The notes: a model not told the origin generated them from the sequence alone. 64,000 nucleotides of DNA from Minisyncoccota bacterium (GCA_022842945.1 JALHOO010000001.1:157830-221829), one strand, 5' to 3'; shown: positions 1 to 9,708, numbered from the stretch's first letter. A program made the numbers and translations.

Positions 1-897
1 CACTGGCTTCCAACCGAGATCTCTATGCAGAGAGATATCGAGCAGTGGAAGAGCACGAGTGTGCTTACCGACGACGAGCGCAAGGCGTTCGAGACCGTGC
101 TCGGCTTCTTCACCACAGCAGACTCCATTGCCGCGAACAACGTAGTGCTCGCGCTCTACAAGCACATCACGAGTCCTGAGTGCCGCATGTACCTTCTTCG
201 CCAGGGATACGAAGAGGCTATTCACACGCACGCATACCAGTACATTGTTGAGTCTCTTGGTATGGATGAGTCCAAGATCTTCAACATGTACCGAGAAGTA
301 GAGAGCATCTACAATAAGGACAACATGATTCTCCGCTTAAACGAGGGAATCTTCGCAGATGACTTCAAAACCGGAACACTTGAAGCAGACCAGCTCTTCG
401 TTGAGAACCTCTGCGTGTTCTCCCTCATCATGGAAGGTATCTTCTTCTACTCATCCTTTGCGGTTATGTTTGGCTTCCAGCGCCAGAACAAGCTCACCGG
501 AGCTGCAGAGCAGATTCAGTACATCATGCGTGACGAGTCCCAGCACCTGAACTTTGGTGTGAACATGATTAACACCATCAAGGAGGAGCAGCCTGAGATT
601 TGGAGCGAAGAGTTCCAGCAGCGCATCATTGATCTTGTGAAGCGCGCGGTTGTGCTTGAGTACACGTTCGCAACAGAAGTATTCCCACGCGGTATCTTCG
701 GTATGAACGCAGACGGTTTCAAGCAGTACATCGAGCACATCGCAGATCGCCGTCTCGCAACTGTTGGTCTTCCGGCGCAGTACAACGTAGAGAACCCGTT
801 CCCATGGATGGGGGAGGCGGTGGATCTCAACAAGGAGAAGAACTTCTTCGAGACCCGCGTAACGGAGTACAAGACGGGAGGACAGTTGAGCTGGTAA
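1..897 (+). CDS. nrdB: Ribonucleoside-diphosphate reductase beta subunit (class I, R2), 5'-truncated by window edge
   Basis: The frame is open back to base 1. Di-iron ligand motifs are present: EEAIHTHAYQYI and MRDESQHLNFG (two ExxH). The C-terminal tail is typical of R2. Confidence 0.85.
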   Translation, partial: HWLPTEISMQRDIEQWKSTSVLTDDERKAFETVLGFFTTADSIAANNVVLALYKHITSPECRMYLLRQGYEEAIHTHAYQYIVESLGMDESKIFNMYREVESIYNKDNMILRLNEGIFADDFKTGTLEADQLFVENLCVFSLIMEGIFFYSSFAVMFGFQRQNKLTGAAEQIQYIMRDESQHLNFGVNMINTIKEEQPEIWSEEFQQRIIDLVKRAVVLEYTFATEVFPRGIFGMNADGFKQYIEHIADRRLATVGLPAQYNVENPFPWMGEAVDLNKEKNFFETRVTEYKTGGQLSW

Positions 898-915
898 TAC
901 GAGAAATCAGTCCCT

Positions 916-943
916 AAGAAAGCCGCTTACAAGCGGCTTTCTT
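916..943. terminator. Intrinsic terminator hairpin after nrdB
   Basis: aagaaagccgc-ttacaa-gcggctttctt, a 10-11 bp GC stem followed by T-rich sequence. Confidence 0.6.
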
Positions 944-1023
944 GCGTATATCGAATTTCTCTTTTCTTGACACTCCTATCCCTGTCGATATACTATATAT
1001 TATTACTATAGTATAGTACTTAT

Positions 1024-1245
1024 ATGACTGTTATTACTGTACCTGTATCGAGCGAGCAGGAGCTTTTCATAAAGAATCTGGTGAAGAGCGGTCGCGCTGC
1101 AAACAAGGCGCATGCGGTCCGGATGGGTATTACGCTACTTGCGCAGGAAGATGCGATGTTGCGCATCGCGAAAGCAGAGCGCGAAATAGCTGAAGGTCAG
1201 GTCCTGAAGGGTGATCTGAGGAAACTTGCGAAGCTTGTTGACTAG
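1024..1245 (+). CDS. ParD/RHH-type antitoxin (type II TA)
   Basis: 73 aa; the EQELFIKNLVKSGRAANKAHAVRMGITLLAQED segment resembles the COG3609 ParD pattern. Its stop lies 2 nt before the downstream toxin start. Confidence 0.6.
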   Translation: MTVITVPVSSEQELFIKNLVKSGRAANKAHAVRMGITLLAQEDAMLRIAKAEREIAEGQVLKGDLRKLAKLVD

Positions 1246-1247
1246 CT

Positions 1248-1514
1248 ATGCTTGAGGTCGAGTACGCACCGGAGTTCATTCGTACCTGGAAAAAACTCCC
1301 TGAAGACCTGCAAGAAGAAGCAATCGATCGTATCGAACTGTTCAAAGATCGCACGCATCATGCGATGCTCAAGGTACATAAGCTCTCCGGAAGACAGAAG
1401 GGAAAGTGGAGCTTTTCAGTCAATTTCAAATATCGGATTATCTTTATGTACGCTCGTGGTGATAAGAACACTGCGCAGCTACTCGATATAGGCGATCATT
1501 CTGTCTACGAATAG
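1248..1514 (+). CDS. RelE/ParE-superfamily toxin
   Basis: 88 aa; the C-terminal KLSGRQKGKWSFSVNFKYRIIFMYARGDKNTAQLLDIGDHSVYE matches the RelE/ParE signature, and it is tightly coupled to the upstream antitoxin. Confidence 0.6.
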   Translation: MLEVEYAPEFIRTWKKLPEDLQEEAIDRIELFKDRTHHAMLKVHKLSGRQKGKWSFSVNFKYRIIFMYARGDKNTAQLLDIGDHSVYE

Positions 1515-1580
1515 CACATAATGAATAAGAGCTTCTTTGAGACTGGTGGCCAGCTGAGCTGGCACGTTTCATCCAGTCAC

Positions 1581-1607
1581 ACAAAAGCCGCATTGAGCGG
1601 CTTTTGT
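1581..1607. terminator. Bidirectional terminator between the TA pair and the Y1 transposase-like gene
   Basis: acaaaagccgc-attga-gcggcttttgt, nearly the same stem sequence as the hairpin at 916-943. Confidence 0.55.
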
Positions 1608-1610
1608 CAT

Positions 1611-2285
1611 TTAGCTCGTAACCCACAACCTTCTATTTGATTTTGCATAGAGCGTTCGAAAGTCGTGGATCACATCGTCTACAGACGAGGTGTTCTGCAC
1701 CATCTCTTCAAGAAGCGCTGAGGAGAGAATGGACCCTTCGGCTCTTCGTACGTCCTCGTAGTCATGCAGGCTTGTGAAAGGATAGGCAACGATGTTTCTG
1801 TGCACGTCACTCCGCCTGCTCTCTTCAAAGAGCTGAGACGGGTTGCCGTGTATGTAGTTAACAACGCGCTTCAGGGGTGTAGTCTTGCCTACGTGCCTTG
1901 ATTTGAACCTTCCAGAGAACAGCGTGCCTGAACGCCGGTACTTCGCATTGAAGTACATGATGTAGGCGGTACCGAGCTTGCGCATGAACAGGCTAATACC
2001 GCCCGGGGCACGTTCCCTTAGAAGAAGGTCGTAGTGTGTGGGCATGAGTGCATACGCGCCAATATCAACCAAGCACTCGTCGCGCAACTGCTCGAACACC
2101 GCTTCGAATGCTGTGTCCTCATTTCGTACAGAGCGCACCGGCAAACTCATCCGATTGTTGCAGGTGTATAGAAGCATCTGAAATCTCAGATAGTCTTTGT
2201 GCTCCATAAACACCTGGCGCATATCGATGCCACGGTTGTAGCAGTGATACCACTCGTCCGGGAGAAAACGCTGAGGCTTTGACAT
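1611..2285 (-). mobile_element. IS200/IS605-like Y1 (HUH) transposase family protein, RAYT-like, possibly inactivated
   Basis: The motifs YHCYNRG...MRQVF, GTLFSGRFKS and VVNYIHGNP resemble Transposase_17/COG1943. The HuH position reads T-H-Y-D rather than H-u-H. The ORF extends to 2351, but an internal Met at 2285 avoids overlap with the pilin gene. Confidence 0.55.
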
Positions 2286-2289
2286 GGGT

Positions 2290-2775
2290 CTAACGGCTAA
2301 GACAGAACTCCTCGCTATCAGGCAAGGCAGACTCTGCAGCTCCTGGTGCACACACGGTTATGCGGCTTGCTACAGGATCCTGTCTAACGGTGTACTTCGT
2401 TGAGTACTCTTCAGTGCACGCAAGCGTTGTGCAGTTGTTCTCTCCGGTGGAAGGATCAACGGGTACTTCTGAGAGATAGGTTGGAACAAGGCAGCGACGC
2501 AGGTCATAGGAGTCAGAGCTTATCTCTTTCGCTACTTCCGTTGGAAGGGGATCACACGAGGCACTTGCGAAGAGTCCGCGAGTATCTGCCATGCGGTTAC
2601 TTACTGCGTTCAGAATGGTAGCTACATTCGCCTGGCGCTGTGCGTTTCTCGCTTGGGCGAACTGTCTTAACGGGTTAACCGCAACGAGGACAATAGTGGT
2701 GAGTATGGCAAGCATACCGATAACTACGAGTATCTCTATAAGCGTAAATCCGCGCACGGGGTGCTTTCTTTGCAT
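2290..2775 (-). CDS. Type IV (pre)pilin, class III signal peptide
   Basis: KHPVRGFTLIEILVVIGMLAIL is a prepilin cleavage/N-methylation motif. It is the last gene of the pilus operon. Confidence 0.8.
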   Translation of the reverse strand: MQRKHPVRGFTLIEILVVIGMLAILTTIVLVAVNPLRQFAQARNAQRQANVATILNAVSNRMADTRGLFASASCDPLPTEVAKEISSDSYDLRRCLVPTYLSEVPVDPSTGENNCTTLACTEEYSTKYTVRQDPVASRITVCAPGAAESALPDSEEFCLSR

Positions 2776-2849
2776 GGATGGTAGATAAGTAGGTAATGCG
2801 CACCCCTGAAGCATAGAAAGAACCTCCTCATCGAAATCTCAAGGATAGT

Positions 2850-3257
2850 TCAAATTTCCCTGACCGATTCAACCCTAAAGGGAGGTCGCAAACCCGGCAG
2901 TTCTTCAAGGAACACTTCCAATCTTGTTATGGAGTCTTTCTGTTCTCCTTGAACAATAATGCGTAGTAGGGAATCGATCTCAACAATGGATTCAATAGTG
3001 CACAACGCGTCTACAGAAAGATCTACAACCTCTCCGTCTTCGTGCGGACGGTATGTGAGGTCTGTAGAAAGCTCGAACAAGGCTACCTGCATACACGAGT
3101 ACGCATGCGCGCGACTCATAAGAGCGTCTTCGTTCCAAAGGGCTGAAAGCCGCAGAAGATAGGTGCGTGTAGCAGACGAGAAGGCAAGAGCCGTAAGTAC
3201 AGCGCACAGAAATAGGGTGGTGATGAGTGCGGCGTATCCGCGAGATAGGTGTGTCAT
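2850..3257 (-). CDS. Minor pilin / pseudopilin-like protein
   Basis: N-terminal SRGYAALITTLFLCAVLTALAF is a prepilin-like hydrophobic segment; 4-nt overlap with the upstream gene. Confidence 0.55.
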   Translation of the reverse strand: MTHLSRGYAALITTLFLCAVLTALAFSSATRTYLLRLSALWNEDALMSRAHAYSCMQVALFELSTDLTYRPHEDGEVVDLSVDALCTIESIVEIDSLLRIIVQGEQKDSITRLEVFLEELPGLRPPFRVESVREI

Positions 3258-3616
3258 GGAGCGAGTAGGTAGATTCGGTCGCTAAAATCTCGCTTTCCAA
3301 ACTCTCCATGGACGAGAGAAAATCGTATATCTATATACGCTGGATTCTCTAATTCCTCATACAACACACTGAAGTCTTGTACGATATAGGGAGTGAGAGA
3401 CTGCATGTTTTCTGCGTCCGGAACCTTTCCGTGCATAACAGCCTGGCGCGCCTTCTTCAGAAGAAACACCCCTTCAAACTCTATGTGTGAGAGCTCGTTC
3501 ATACGTTCGCTCGATGCGCCTATAGCAAACGCACCCATGCCAGAGCCGGTTATAAGCAGGGAGAATAAACCAAGGTACACAAGTGTCTCAACAAGACTGA
3601 ATCCTCGGTGTGTCAT
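3254..3616 (-). CDS. Minor pilin-like protein
   Basis: MTHRGFSLVETLVYLGLFSLL is a canonical G-F-S-L-V-E prepilin motif. Confidence 0.7.
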   Translation of the reverse strand: MTHRGFSLVETLVYLGLFSLLITGSGMGAFAIGASSERMNELSHIEFEGVFLLKKARQAVMHGKVPDAENMQSLTPYIVQDFSVLYEELENPAYIDIRFSLVHGEFGKRDFSDRIYLLAP

Positions 3617-4995
3617 AGGCCAAGGCGCAGAACGTGTCCGCCACTAGAATCATTTGCCGCCACAAATAGACCCGATCCTCCGCATGCAACAGTGCCTCCT
3701 GTCGTTCCTTGAGGAAGGGTGTAGGACGAATGTCGAGCGATGTATCTTGCGTTCTTAACGTCCCAGTGTTCCAGGTGGGTTCTTGTGAGCACATACGCCT
3801 GCATGCCCTGCACCACAATCCCATAAACGCTTGAATCTATGTCCCGCGAAGAGAGTTCCTCTCTAAGGTTGGTTGCGGAAAGAAGATACAACTCCTTTGA
3901 GTTTAAGGGTGCAGATCGCCCGATATAGAGCACCTCTCCGGAGAGTGCGAGAGTCTGTGCAATGCCCGCTCCCGGAGGCCGAGCTCGCATGCTCGCTTGC
4001 ATAGAGGAGTTAAGCGAGGACAGGGGAAATGCCATAACCGCTCTATCTCCCGCGATACTGTTGTCTGCCGTTGCGACATAGACAGTACTGCCATTGCTCA
4101 CGATGTCGTTCACAGTGCTTCCAATCTCGGCACTCCCTACCTGGACCGGAAGTTCAGGGTTCTCCAGAGAGAACACCCGAAACTCCGGGTCCATGCTTGA
4201 GGCACGAAGCCCAACGAAGAGATATCCATGCGCGTAGGTAATGCTGCGTGTGGGTGGTAGGGGAAGAGAATGCACTCGCACAATCTCTGTACCCTGTAGC
4301 AGAAGCACATCAAGCGCGGCGCACGGTATGCCAACAGGGCACGTGTGCGCTGAAAGGGCATAGATATAGTCTCCATGCACCGCTACGGCTCCATACCCAA
4401 TCTTCGTACTGGTTGCCGTGTCAAATGTGAGGGGAGTCTCAGTGCTGTTCTTCGTATCAAATACAAGTAAAGCTGGATCAGAGAACCCGGCTGTTGAGCT
4501 CGCAGACACAACTACATGCGCACGATTGGCTGCGAGAGAAGCGATGTGAGGGAGCGGGAAGGTGGTAAACGGTTTAAGAGCCGGTTCTGAAACTGCGTGT
4601 CTTCGCAGAAACGGGCTACAGGCATACTGGTCCGCATGCATATAGTCTGTTACGTATCCATCCATCACTAGCGTCTGCGGAATATCCCATACCGTGTTCC
4701 AACTAACCTGACTTTGCACATGCCTTGCACTCCCGTCTCCCACGGTCTCTACAAGCACCGCTGTATTAAACACATTGTTAGTACCCTCGTACGAAGTAAT
4801 ATCAATAAACCCTTCAGGTCCGCGAGCCATCTCCTTTAAGAAACCTTGCTGTGCTATATAGCCCGCCTCTCTGTGCAGTACTGCATTTGCAACTACGTCG
4901 GGTGCGCCGAGCACAAGAAGACTAATAGCAATGAGTGTTGTTGTGAGGAGGGTAAGAGAGATGAGTATCTCTATGAGGGAGAAACCGCGAGTCAT
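3613..4995 (-). CDS. Large pilin-like protein (prepilin N-terminus plus 430-aa extracellular domain), candidate tip adhesin
   Basis: MTRGFSLIEILISLTLLTT is a prepilin motif, followed by a long globular domain; 4-nt overlaps on both sides. Confidence 0.65.
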   Translation of the reverse strand: MTRGFSLIEILISLTLLTTTLIAISLLVLGAPDVVANAVLHREAGYIAQQGFLKEMARGPEGFIDITSYEGTNNVFNTAVLVETVGDGSARHVQSQVSWNTVWDIPQTLVMDGYVTDYMHADQYACSPFLRRHAVSEPALKPFTTFPLPHIASLAANRAHVVVSASSTAGFSDPALLVFDTKNSTETPLTFDTATSTKIGYGAVAVHGDYIYALSAHTCPVGIPCAALDVLLLQGTEIVRVHSLPLPPTRSITYAHGYLFVGLRASSMDPEFRVFSLENPELPVQVGSAEIGSTVNDIVSNGSTVYVATADNSIAGDRAVMAFPLSSLNSSMQASMRARPPGAGIAQTLALSGEVLYIGRSAPLNSKELYLLSATNLREELSSRDIDSSVYGIVVQGMQAYVLTRTHLEHWDVKNARYIARHSSYTLPQGTTGGTVACGGSGLFVAANDSSGGHVLRLGL

Positions 4996-5396
4996 GGTAG
5001 AGGGGTTGTGTCTTCAATACGGCCATGGGGAGAGACACTGATGCGATAGTCAGAGCGTGTGAGAATACGCTCCTCAACCACTTGATTGGAAAAGAGAAAC
5101 TCTGTATCTCCCTCTGTCGCTACGACTCTTTGAAATGGATAGTCTGAGTCTTCACGCCTCTCAGAGTACGAAGGGCCATAGAACACAACGAACTCATCGT
5201 TGTGTACCAGGACACCACTCTCGCTCGCGCTACTCCTTGCATACAGAAGTGCCGTTACCAGGGTCTCTCTGTCGCTTTGTATAGAAAGCCTGTTATAGCT
5301 CGCTACGGGTGCAATCGCTGCTATCCCAATCACGAACGCACTCACACCAAGTACCACGAGTACTTCTATGAGCGAGAATCCTCGTACGCTAGCCAT
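4992..5396 (-). CDS. Minor pilin-like protein
   Basis: MASVRGFSLIEVLVVLGVSAFVIG is a prepilin motif. Confidence 0.7.
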   Translation of the reverse strand: MASVRGFSLIEVLVVLGVSAFVIGIAAIAPVASYNRLSIQSDRETLVTALLYARSSASESGVLVHNDEFVVFYGPSYSERREDSDYPFQRVVATEGDTEFLFSNQVVEERILTRSDYRISVSPHGRIEDTTPLP

Positions 5397-6453
5397 GCAG
5401 ATCCTGCGTTATTTGATACACCGGCGTAATAATCGCAAGCGCAATAAACCCAACCAAGATACCCATGAGGATCATGAGTACCGGCTCAATAAGGGTGGCA
5501 AGACGAGCGCACACTGCATCAAACTCCTCTTCGTAGTATTCAGAGAGAAGTGTAAGAGCGGAAGGTAGGGTACCGGTGCGTTCTCCCGCCTCAATCATCT
5601 GTGTAAAGAGAACGGGGAAGCACCGTTCGGAGTCCGCTAGAGACGTCGAAAGACGCTCCCCAGAAAGCACCTGTCCTTTGGCAGTAGTAAGCTTAAGACC
5701 GAACACTCGATTCCCACACACTGCTTCAGACAGCTCAAGTGCACGGATGATACCTGATCCGCTATGAAGAAGAGTGGAGAGCGTCCGAGAGAGGTGCGTT
5801 AAGAGATACGTGCGCACCAGGGTACGGAGAAGAGGAATACCCAGTATGCTGGTGTCTAGGAACAGACGTACCTGTGGCTTCTTGTGCAGATACCACGCAC
5901 CACCACCTATAAAGGGAAGTACCAGAAGAAATACCCATCCATGCGAAGCTATCGCATCAGATACGAATATAAGGGTACGTGTTGAAAGGGGAAGTGCAGA
6001 ATCAAACCCACGGAACAAAGGAATAATCTTCGGAAACGCATACAGACTTAAGAATGCCGAGATAGCGAGCGTAGAGCACACAATAATCGCAGGATAGATG
6101 AGCGCACTTATGAGCCGCCTCTGAAGGCTCGTTTGCTTCTTCAAGACAACCGCAAGCTGTGCGAGAGAACGAGGCAGAGTGCCCGTCTCTTCGCCAACCT
6201 CAATCATGGCGATAGTCAGGGGACGCACAACGCGAGGGAATTGTCCCAGTGCGCTTGATAGGCTGCTTCCTTCTGAAACGGAAGACACAAGAGACTGCAG
6301 AATATACAGGCTACTCTTTGAGCGCGCTGAGTCCCGCAACAATGAGAGTGCTTCAAGTATCGGTATGCCGGCGGAAAGGTACACAGAGAGTCTGCGTGCG
6401 AACAGTATCTGTTCCTTGAGTCCAAAGATAAGAAACCGTGGTGTGAGGTTACG
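5389..6453 (-). CDS. pilC: Type IV pilus assembly platform protein PilC (GspF family)
   Basis: Polytopic membrane protein with two GspF-like repeats. The ORF extends to 6477; Met at 6453 gives a 4-nt overlap with pilB. Confidence 0.8.
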   Translation of the reverse strand, partial: RNLTPRFLIFGLKEQILFARRLSVYLSAGIPILEALSLLRDSARSKSSLYILQSLVSSVSEGSSLSSALGQFPRVVRPLTIAMIEVGEETGTLPRSLAQLAVVLKKQTSLQRRLISALIYPAIIVCSTLAISAFLSLYAFPKIIPLFRGFDSALPLSTRTLIFVSDAIASHGWVFLLVLPFIGGGAWYLHKKPQVRLFLDTSILGIPLLRTLVRTYLLTHLSRTLSTLLHSGSGIIRALELSEAVCGNRVFGLKLTTAKGQVLSGERLSTSLADSERCFPVLFTQMIEAGERTGTLPSALTLLSEYYEEEFDAVCARLATLIEPVLMILMGILVGFIALAIITPVYQITQDLHG

Positions 6454-7660
6454 CATACGAAGCACGTGCAATCTCATCTATGGAAGTGATGCCCTTACGC
6501 ACCTTCTCGAGCCCGTCCCCAAGCAGAGGCACCATACCGCGAGAAAGAGCGAGGGCACGTAGGGTGTCCTGTCCTGTTCCCGTCTCTATGCTGGTGCGAA
6601 TAATCTCATCAACTGCAAACACTTCAAACACACCCACGCGCCCTCGGTATCCCGTGCCTCTGCACGCAATACACCCGTGTCCCTTAAAGAACACCTCAAG
6701 TCCACTAATCTTCTCTGGCACGAACTTCCGTATCCGCTCGAGCACATGTTCTTCAGGCGTATACGGTTCCTTACACTCGCTACACATCCGTCGCACGAGC
6801 CTCTGCGCTATAACAAGGCGCACTGTGCTCGCTATGAGGTACGGCTCGATACCGATATCTTGAAGACGAGGCACTGCAGACACTGCGTCGTTAGTATGGA
6901 GTGTTGAGAGCACGAGGTGTCCGGTTAGTGCGGCATGCACCGCAAGACGTGCCGTCTCCTCGTCTCGAATCTCGCCAACCATAATAATGTCCGGATCCTG
7001 GCGAAGTACACTCCGTAGTCCATTAGCAAAGGTGAGTCCGCGCTCTGTGTTCACGGGTATCTGGTTGGTACCCGGAAGGGAATACTCTATAGGGTCCTCG
7101 AGCGTAACGATGGATCGTGTCTCGCTGTCGAGCATCTGTAGGAGTGCATAGAGAAGGGTAGTTTTGCCGCTTCCGGTGGGTCCTGTCGCAAGAATCATCC
7201 CACTTGATTGCTCAAGTGCCCGCGTAAGTAAAAGCTGATGCCCGTTCCTGCATCCGAGAGAACGTAGAGATTTCTTCTCGCCTCCAGGTACGAGGATTCT
7301 CAGTACCGCGTTCTCTCCGTAATAGGTTGGAGCAATGGAAACACGCACATCGTTCTCGTGGCCGTCGGGGTCAATAAAGGTAAAGCGTCCATCCTGTGCG
7401 GTGAAGTGTTCGTCCGTGCGAAGTCCAGAGAGTATCTTTATGCGAGACAACACTGCAGGATGCGTGTGAGCGGGAAGTGTGCGCACATCCTGCAACAGTC
7501 CATCAATCCGTATACGCACCCGCACACCCTCCCGGTCTGGATTGAGATGTATGTCAGACGCCCCTGCCTCAAGAGCCTCCTGCAGAACAGTATTGATAAC
7601 CGTTACGGCAGACGGAGTACTTAGTATCTCCTGTATAGATTGCGTGCGGGTATCTTGCAT
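6449..7660 (-). CDS. pilB: Type IV pilus assembly ATPase PilB (GspE family), short form
   Basis: Walker A ILATGPTGSGKTTLLYAL, a CxxC...CxxC tetracysteine, and a GspE fold. Confidence 0.85.
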   Translation of the reverse strand: MQDTRTQSIQEILSTPSAVTVINTVLQEALEAGASDIHLNPDREGVRVRIRIDGLLQDVRTLPAHTHPAVLSRIKILSGLRTDEHFTAQDGRFTFIDPDGHENDVRVSIAPTYYGENAVLRILVPGGEKKSLRSLGCRNGHQLLLTRALEQSSGMILATGPTGSGKTTLLYALLQMLDSETRSIVTLEDPIEYSLPGTNQIPVNTERGLTFANGLRSVLRQDPDIIMVGEIRDEETARLAVHAALTGHLVLSTLHTNDAVSAVPRLQDIGIEPYLIASTVRLVIAQRLVRRMCSECKEPYTPEEHVLERIRKFVPEKISGLEVFFKGHGCIACRGTGYRGRVGVFEVFAVDEIIRTSIETGTGQDTLRALALSRGMVPLLGDGLEKVRKGITSIDEIARASYA

Positions 7661-7770
7661 GAGGGAAGAGTACTCAGAGAGAGCTCAAGGAAACCTCAAG
7701 TGCGAATAGGGAGAATATAAAGAAGCCTCCGGATCTTTCGATCCGGAGGCCCTGTAGTTGTTGAGGAAGC

Positions 7771-9174
7771 CTATGACTCAGGCTTCCAGTGTTCGAGCAT
7801 CTGTACGAGAAGCGGTACCGGTACGCCGGTAGCTGCGCCCTTGAAGAGGCCGTCCTTGCCGGTGCCTTCCATACCGGTTCCGGCGATGTCCAGATGGGCG
7901 AAGATGCCGTTCATGTCTTTTGCCGCGTCCGCGAGGAACGCGGCAGCAACACAGGACCCGCCCATTTTGCCGCCGTTCGGTTGCACGTTCGCGATGTATG
8001 CGACCGAGCTCTCGAGATCCGCCTCGTACCCTTCGTGGGGCATGTGCCAGACATCGTTCCCGGTCTCCTCACCCCAGATCTTCATGTGGTCGACGAAGCT
8101 GTCGTCCGAGCAGAAGAAGCCGGTGTGGCGGTTCCCGAGCGCGATGCGGATCGCGCCGGTAAGCGTAGCCACCGTAACCAGAAGGTGTGGATCGTGTTCG
8201 TTGAGGGCATGGGTGATACCGTCACGAAGCACGAGACGTCCTTCCGCGTCCGTGTTCAGAATCTCCACGGTCTTGCCGTCGAGACCCTTGATCACGTCCA
8301 TGGTGCGATAGCAGTCGGACGAGACGAGATTCTCGGCCGCCGGAACGATGGCAACGGCGTTAACGGGAAGCTTGAGCTTCGCCGCGATAAGAACAGCCAT
8401 GATGGCCGCAGCGCCGCCGCCCATATCCTTCTGCATGCCCTGGATTGCGCCAGAGAGCTTCAGGTCAGTGCCGCCGATGTCGAGCGTGACGCCCTTGCCG
8501 ACGATGGCCACATCCGTAACGGACGAATCTGGTTTCCCATCGTAAGAGAGCTCGATCAGGCAGGGCTTGTTCTTCGCCCCTTTCCCGACCGCACACAGTA
8601 AGCCATAGCCGTCCTTCTCCAGCTCCGCATAGTGTTTGACCACAACGCGAACGTTCTCGATTCCTTCAGCGAGCTTTTCAACGCGCCGGCCGAACTCCTC
8701 TGGATAGAGGTAGTTCGAGGGTTCGTCCACCAGTTCGCGGCAGGTGTTCACGCCGACGCCGATAATTGCGCCGGTACGCAGACCTGCTGCTTCGTCATCT
8801 CTGCAGTTGATGACATAGAAGTTCTCGACGCCAGAGTACCCCTTGCTCGGCATTTTGTACTTGCCGGAGCGATATGCCGCGAGCATCAGGTTCATGGCAT
8901 AGAGGCGTCCTTCAGAGAACAGGTCGCTGTTCTCGTCGAACGGCAGCACGTCAAGATAATCGAGTACGAGATCCGAAAGTTTGAGTCGGTGCGCCTCCTG
9001 CATGACCCCGCGCGCGATCGATGCGATACGAGCAGGATTGGTGAGCGTCCCGTCGATGCCGTACACCAGGATTTGCCTGGCCTCCGTCTTCGAGAGATAG
9101 GAAGTGTCGATGTCCGGGTCCAAACGAACCTGCACTGCGTGTGCGGGTGCTGATTCGGCTATATGAATCTTCAT
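7771..9174 (-). CDS. pepA: Leucyl aminopeptidase (M17)
   Basis: NTDAEGRL motif; 467 aa. Confidence 0.85.
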   Translation of the reverse strand: MKIHIAESAPAHAVQVRLDPDIDTSYLSKTEARQILVYGIDGTLTNPARIASIARGVMQEAHRLKLSDLVLDYLDVLPFDENSDLFSEGRLYAMNLMLAAYRSGKYKMPSKGYSGVENFYVINCRDDEAAGLRTGAIIGVGVNTCRELVDEPSNYLYPEEFGRRVEKLAEGIENVRVVVKHYAELEKDGYGLLCAVGKGAKNKPCLIELSYDGKPDSSVTDVAIVGKGVTLDIGGTDLKLSGAIQGMQKDMGGGAAAIMAVLIAAKLKLPVNAVAIVPAAENLVSSDCYRTMDVIKGLDGKTVEILNTDAEGRLVLRDGITHALNEHDPHLLVTVATLTGAIRIALGNRHTGFFCSDDSFVDHMKIWGEETGNDVWHMPHEGYEADLESSVAYIANVQPNGGKMGGSCVAAAFLADAAKDMNGIFAHLDIAGTGMEGTGKDGLFKGAATGVPVPLLVQMLEHWKPES

Positions 9175-9285
9175 GGTCCTTAACCTCTTCTTCTGGTGCC
9201 AAAGTGCATGGGGAACTATTCCCCGGTAAAACTCCAGGTGAACCCTATCAGTATTAGGGTGGGTGTCAAAGAAAACAGACCTGTT

Positions 9286-9588
9286 CTAATCCTTCCCCCA
9301 GCGCCATCTAGGCTCCTCGCCCCACTTAGAACAGATCCTATACAGGGAATAGGAGAGAAGGGCTATAACCACAAGGAACTCCAGGATGCCAAATACCAGC
9401 TCCCGGGTGCTCACAGCAGCCTCAGAAGCAACCCCAAGCCAGCTGAAGAACACGATGAAGCTAAGGGAGAACAAAAGGGCATAGAGGGCCGTTATAGCCC
9501 ATCCTTGCCACGAAATAGGGAACCAACCCCACCCGTATGTCTTTGCCCTAAACCAGAGCTTGCGGACCTTCTTTCTGTGTTCGCTCAT
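9286..9588 (-). CDS. Small membrane protein (2 TM), unknown function
   Basis: 100 aa, with W/G-rich hydrophobic segments. Confidence 0.45.
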   Translation of the reverse strand: MSEHRKKVRKLWFRAKTYGWGWFPISWQGWAITALYALLFSLSFIVFFSWLGVASEAAVSTRELVFGILEFLVVIALLSYSLYRICSKWGEEPRWRWGKD

Positions 9589-9679
9589 GGGATTATAATA
9601 CAGTATCTAGGCCGTTTTTCCAGTCTTGACGGCTCCAAAATGAGGGGTGCGTGAACATGAAGAAATGGCTTCCCACATC

Positions 9680-9708
9680 TTGACAGCACATGTCAAGTCT
9701 GCTACTAT
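9680..9708 (+). promoter_or_regulatory. Near-consensus sigma70-type promoter with inverted repeat over -35
   Basis: TTGACA at 9680-9685, a 17-bp spacer, and TACTAT at 9703-9708. An inverted repeat cttgaca-N5-tgtcaag overlaps the -35. A short hairpin plus T-run lies in the 5'UTR at about 9718-9745. Confidence 0.5.

Noticed and set aside
916-1607. Calling the two similar hairpins bona fide REP elements.
   Set aside because: There are only two copies in the window, and both also function as ordinary terminators. The shared aaagccgc stem may be coincidence. They are mentioned in a finding but not annotated as repeats.
7789-8601. 270-aa ORF on the plus strand, plus several others at 7841-8311 and 8632-9153.
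   Set aside because: Entirely antisense to the well-supported pepA gene. Arg/Ala/Ser-rich translation typical of GC-rich antisense frames.
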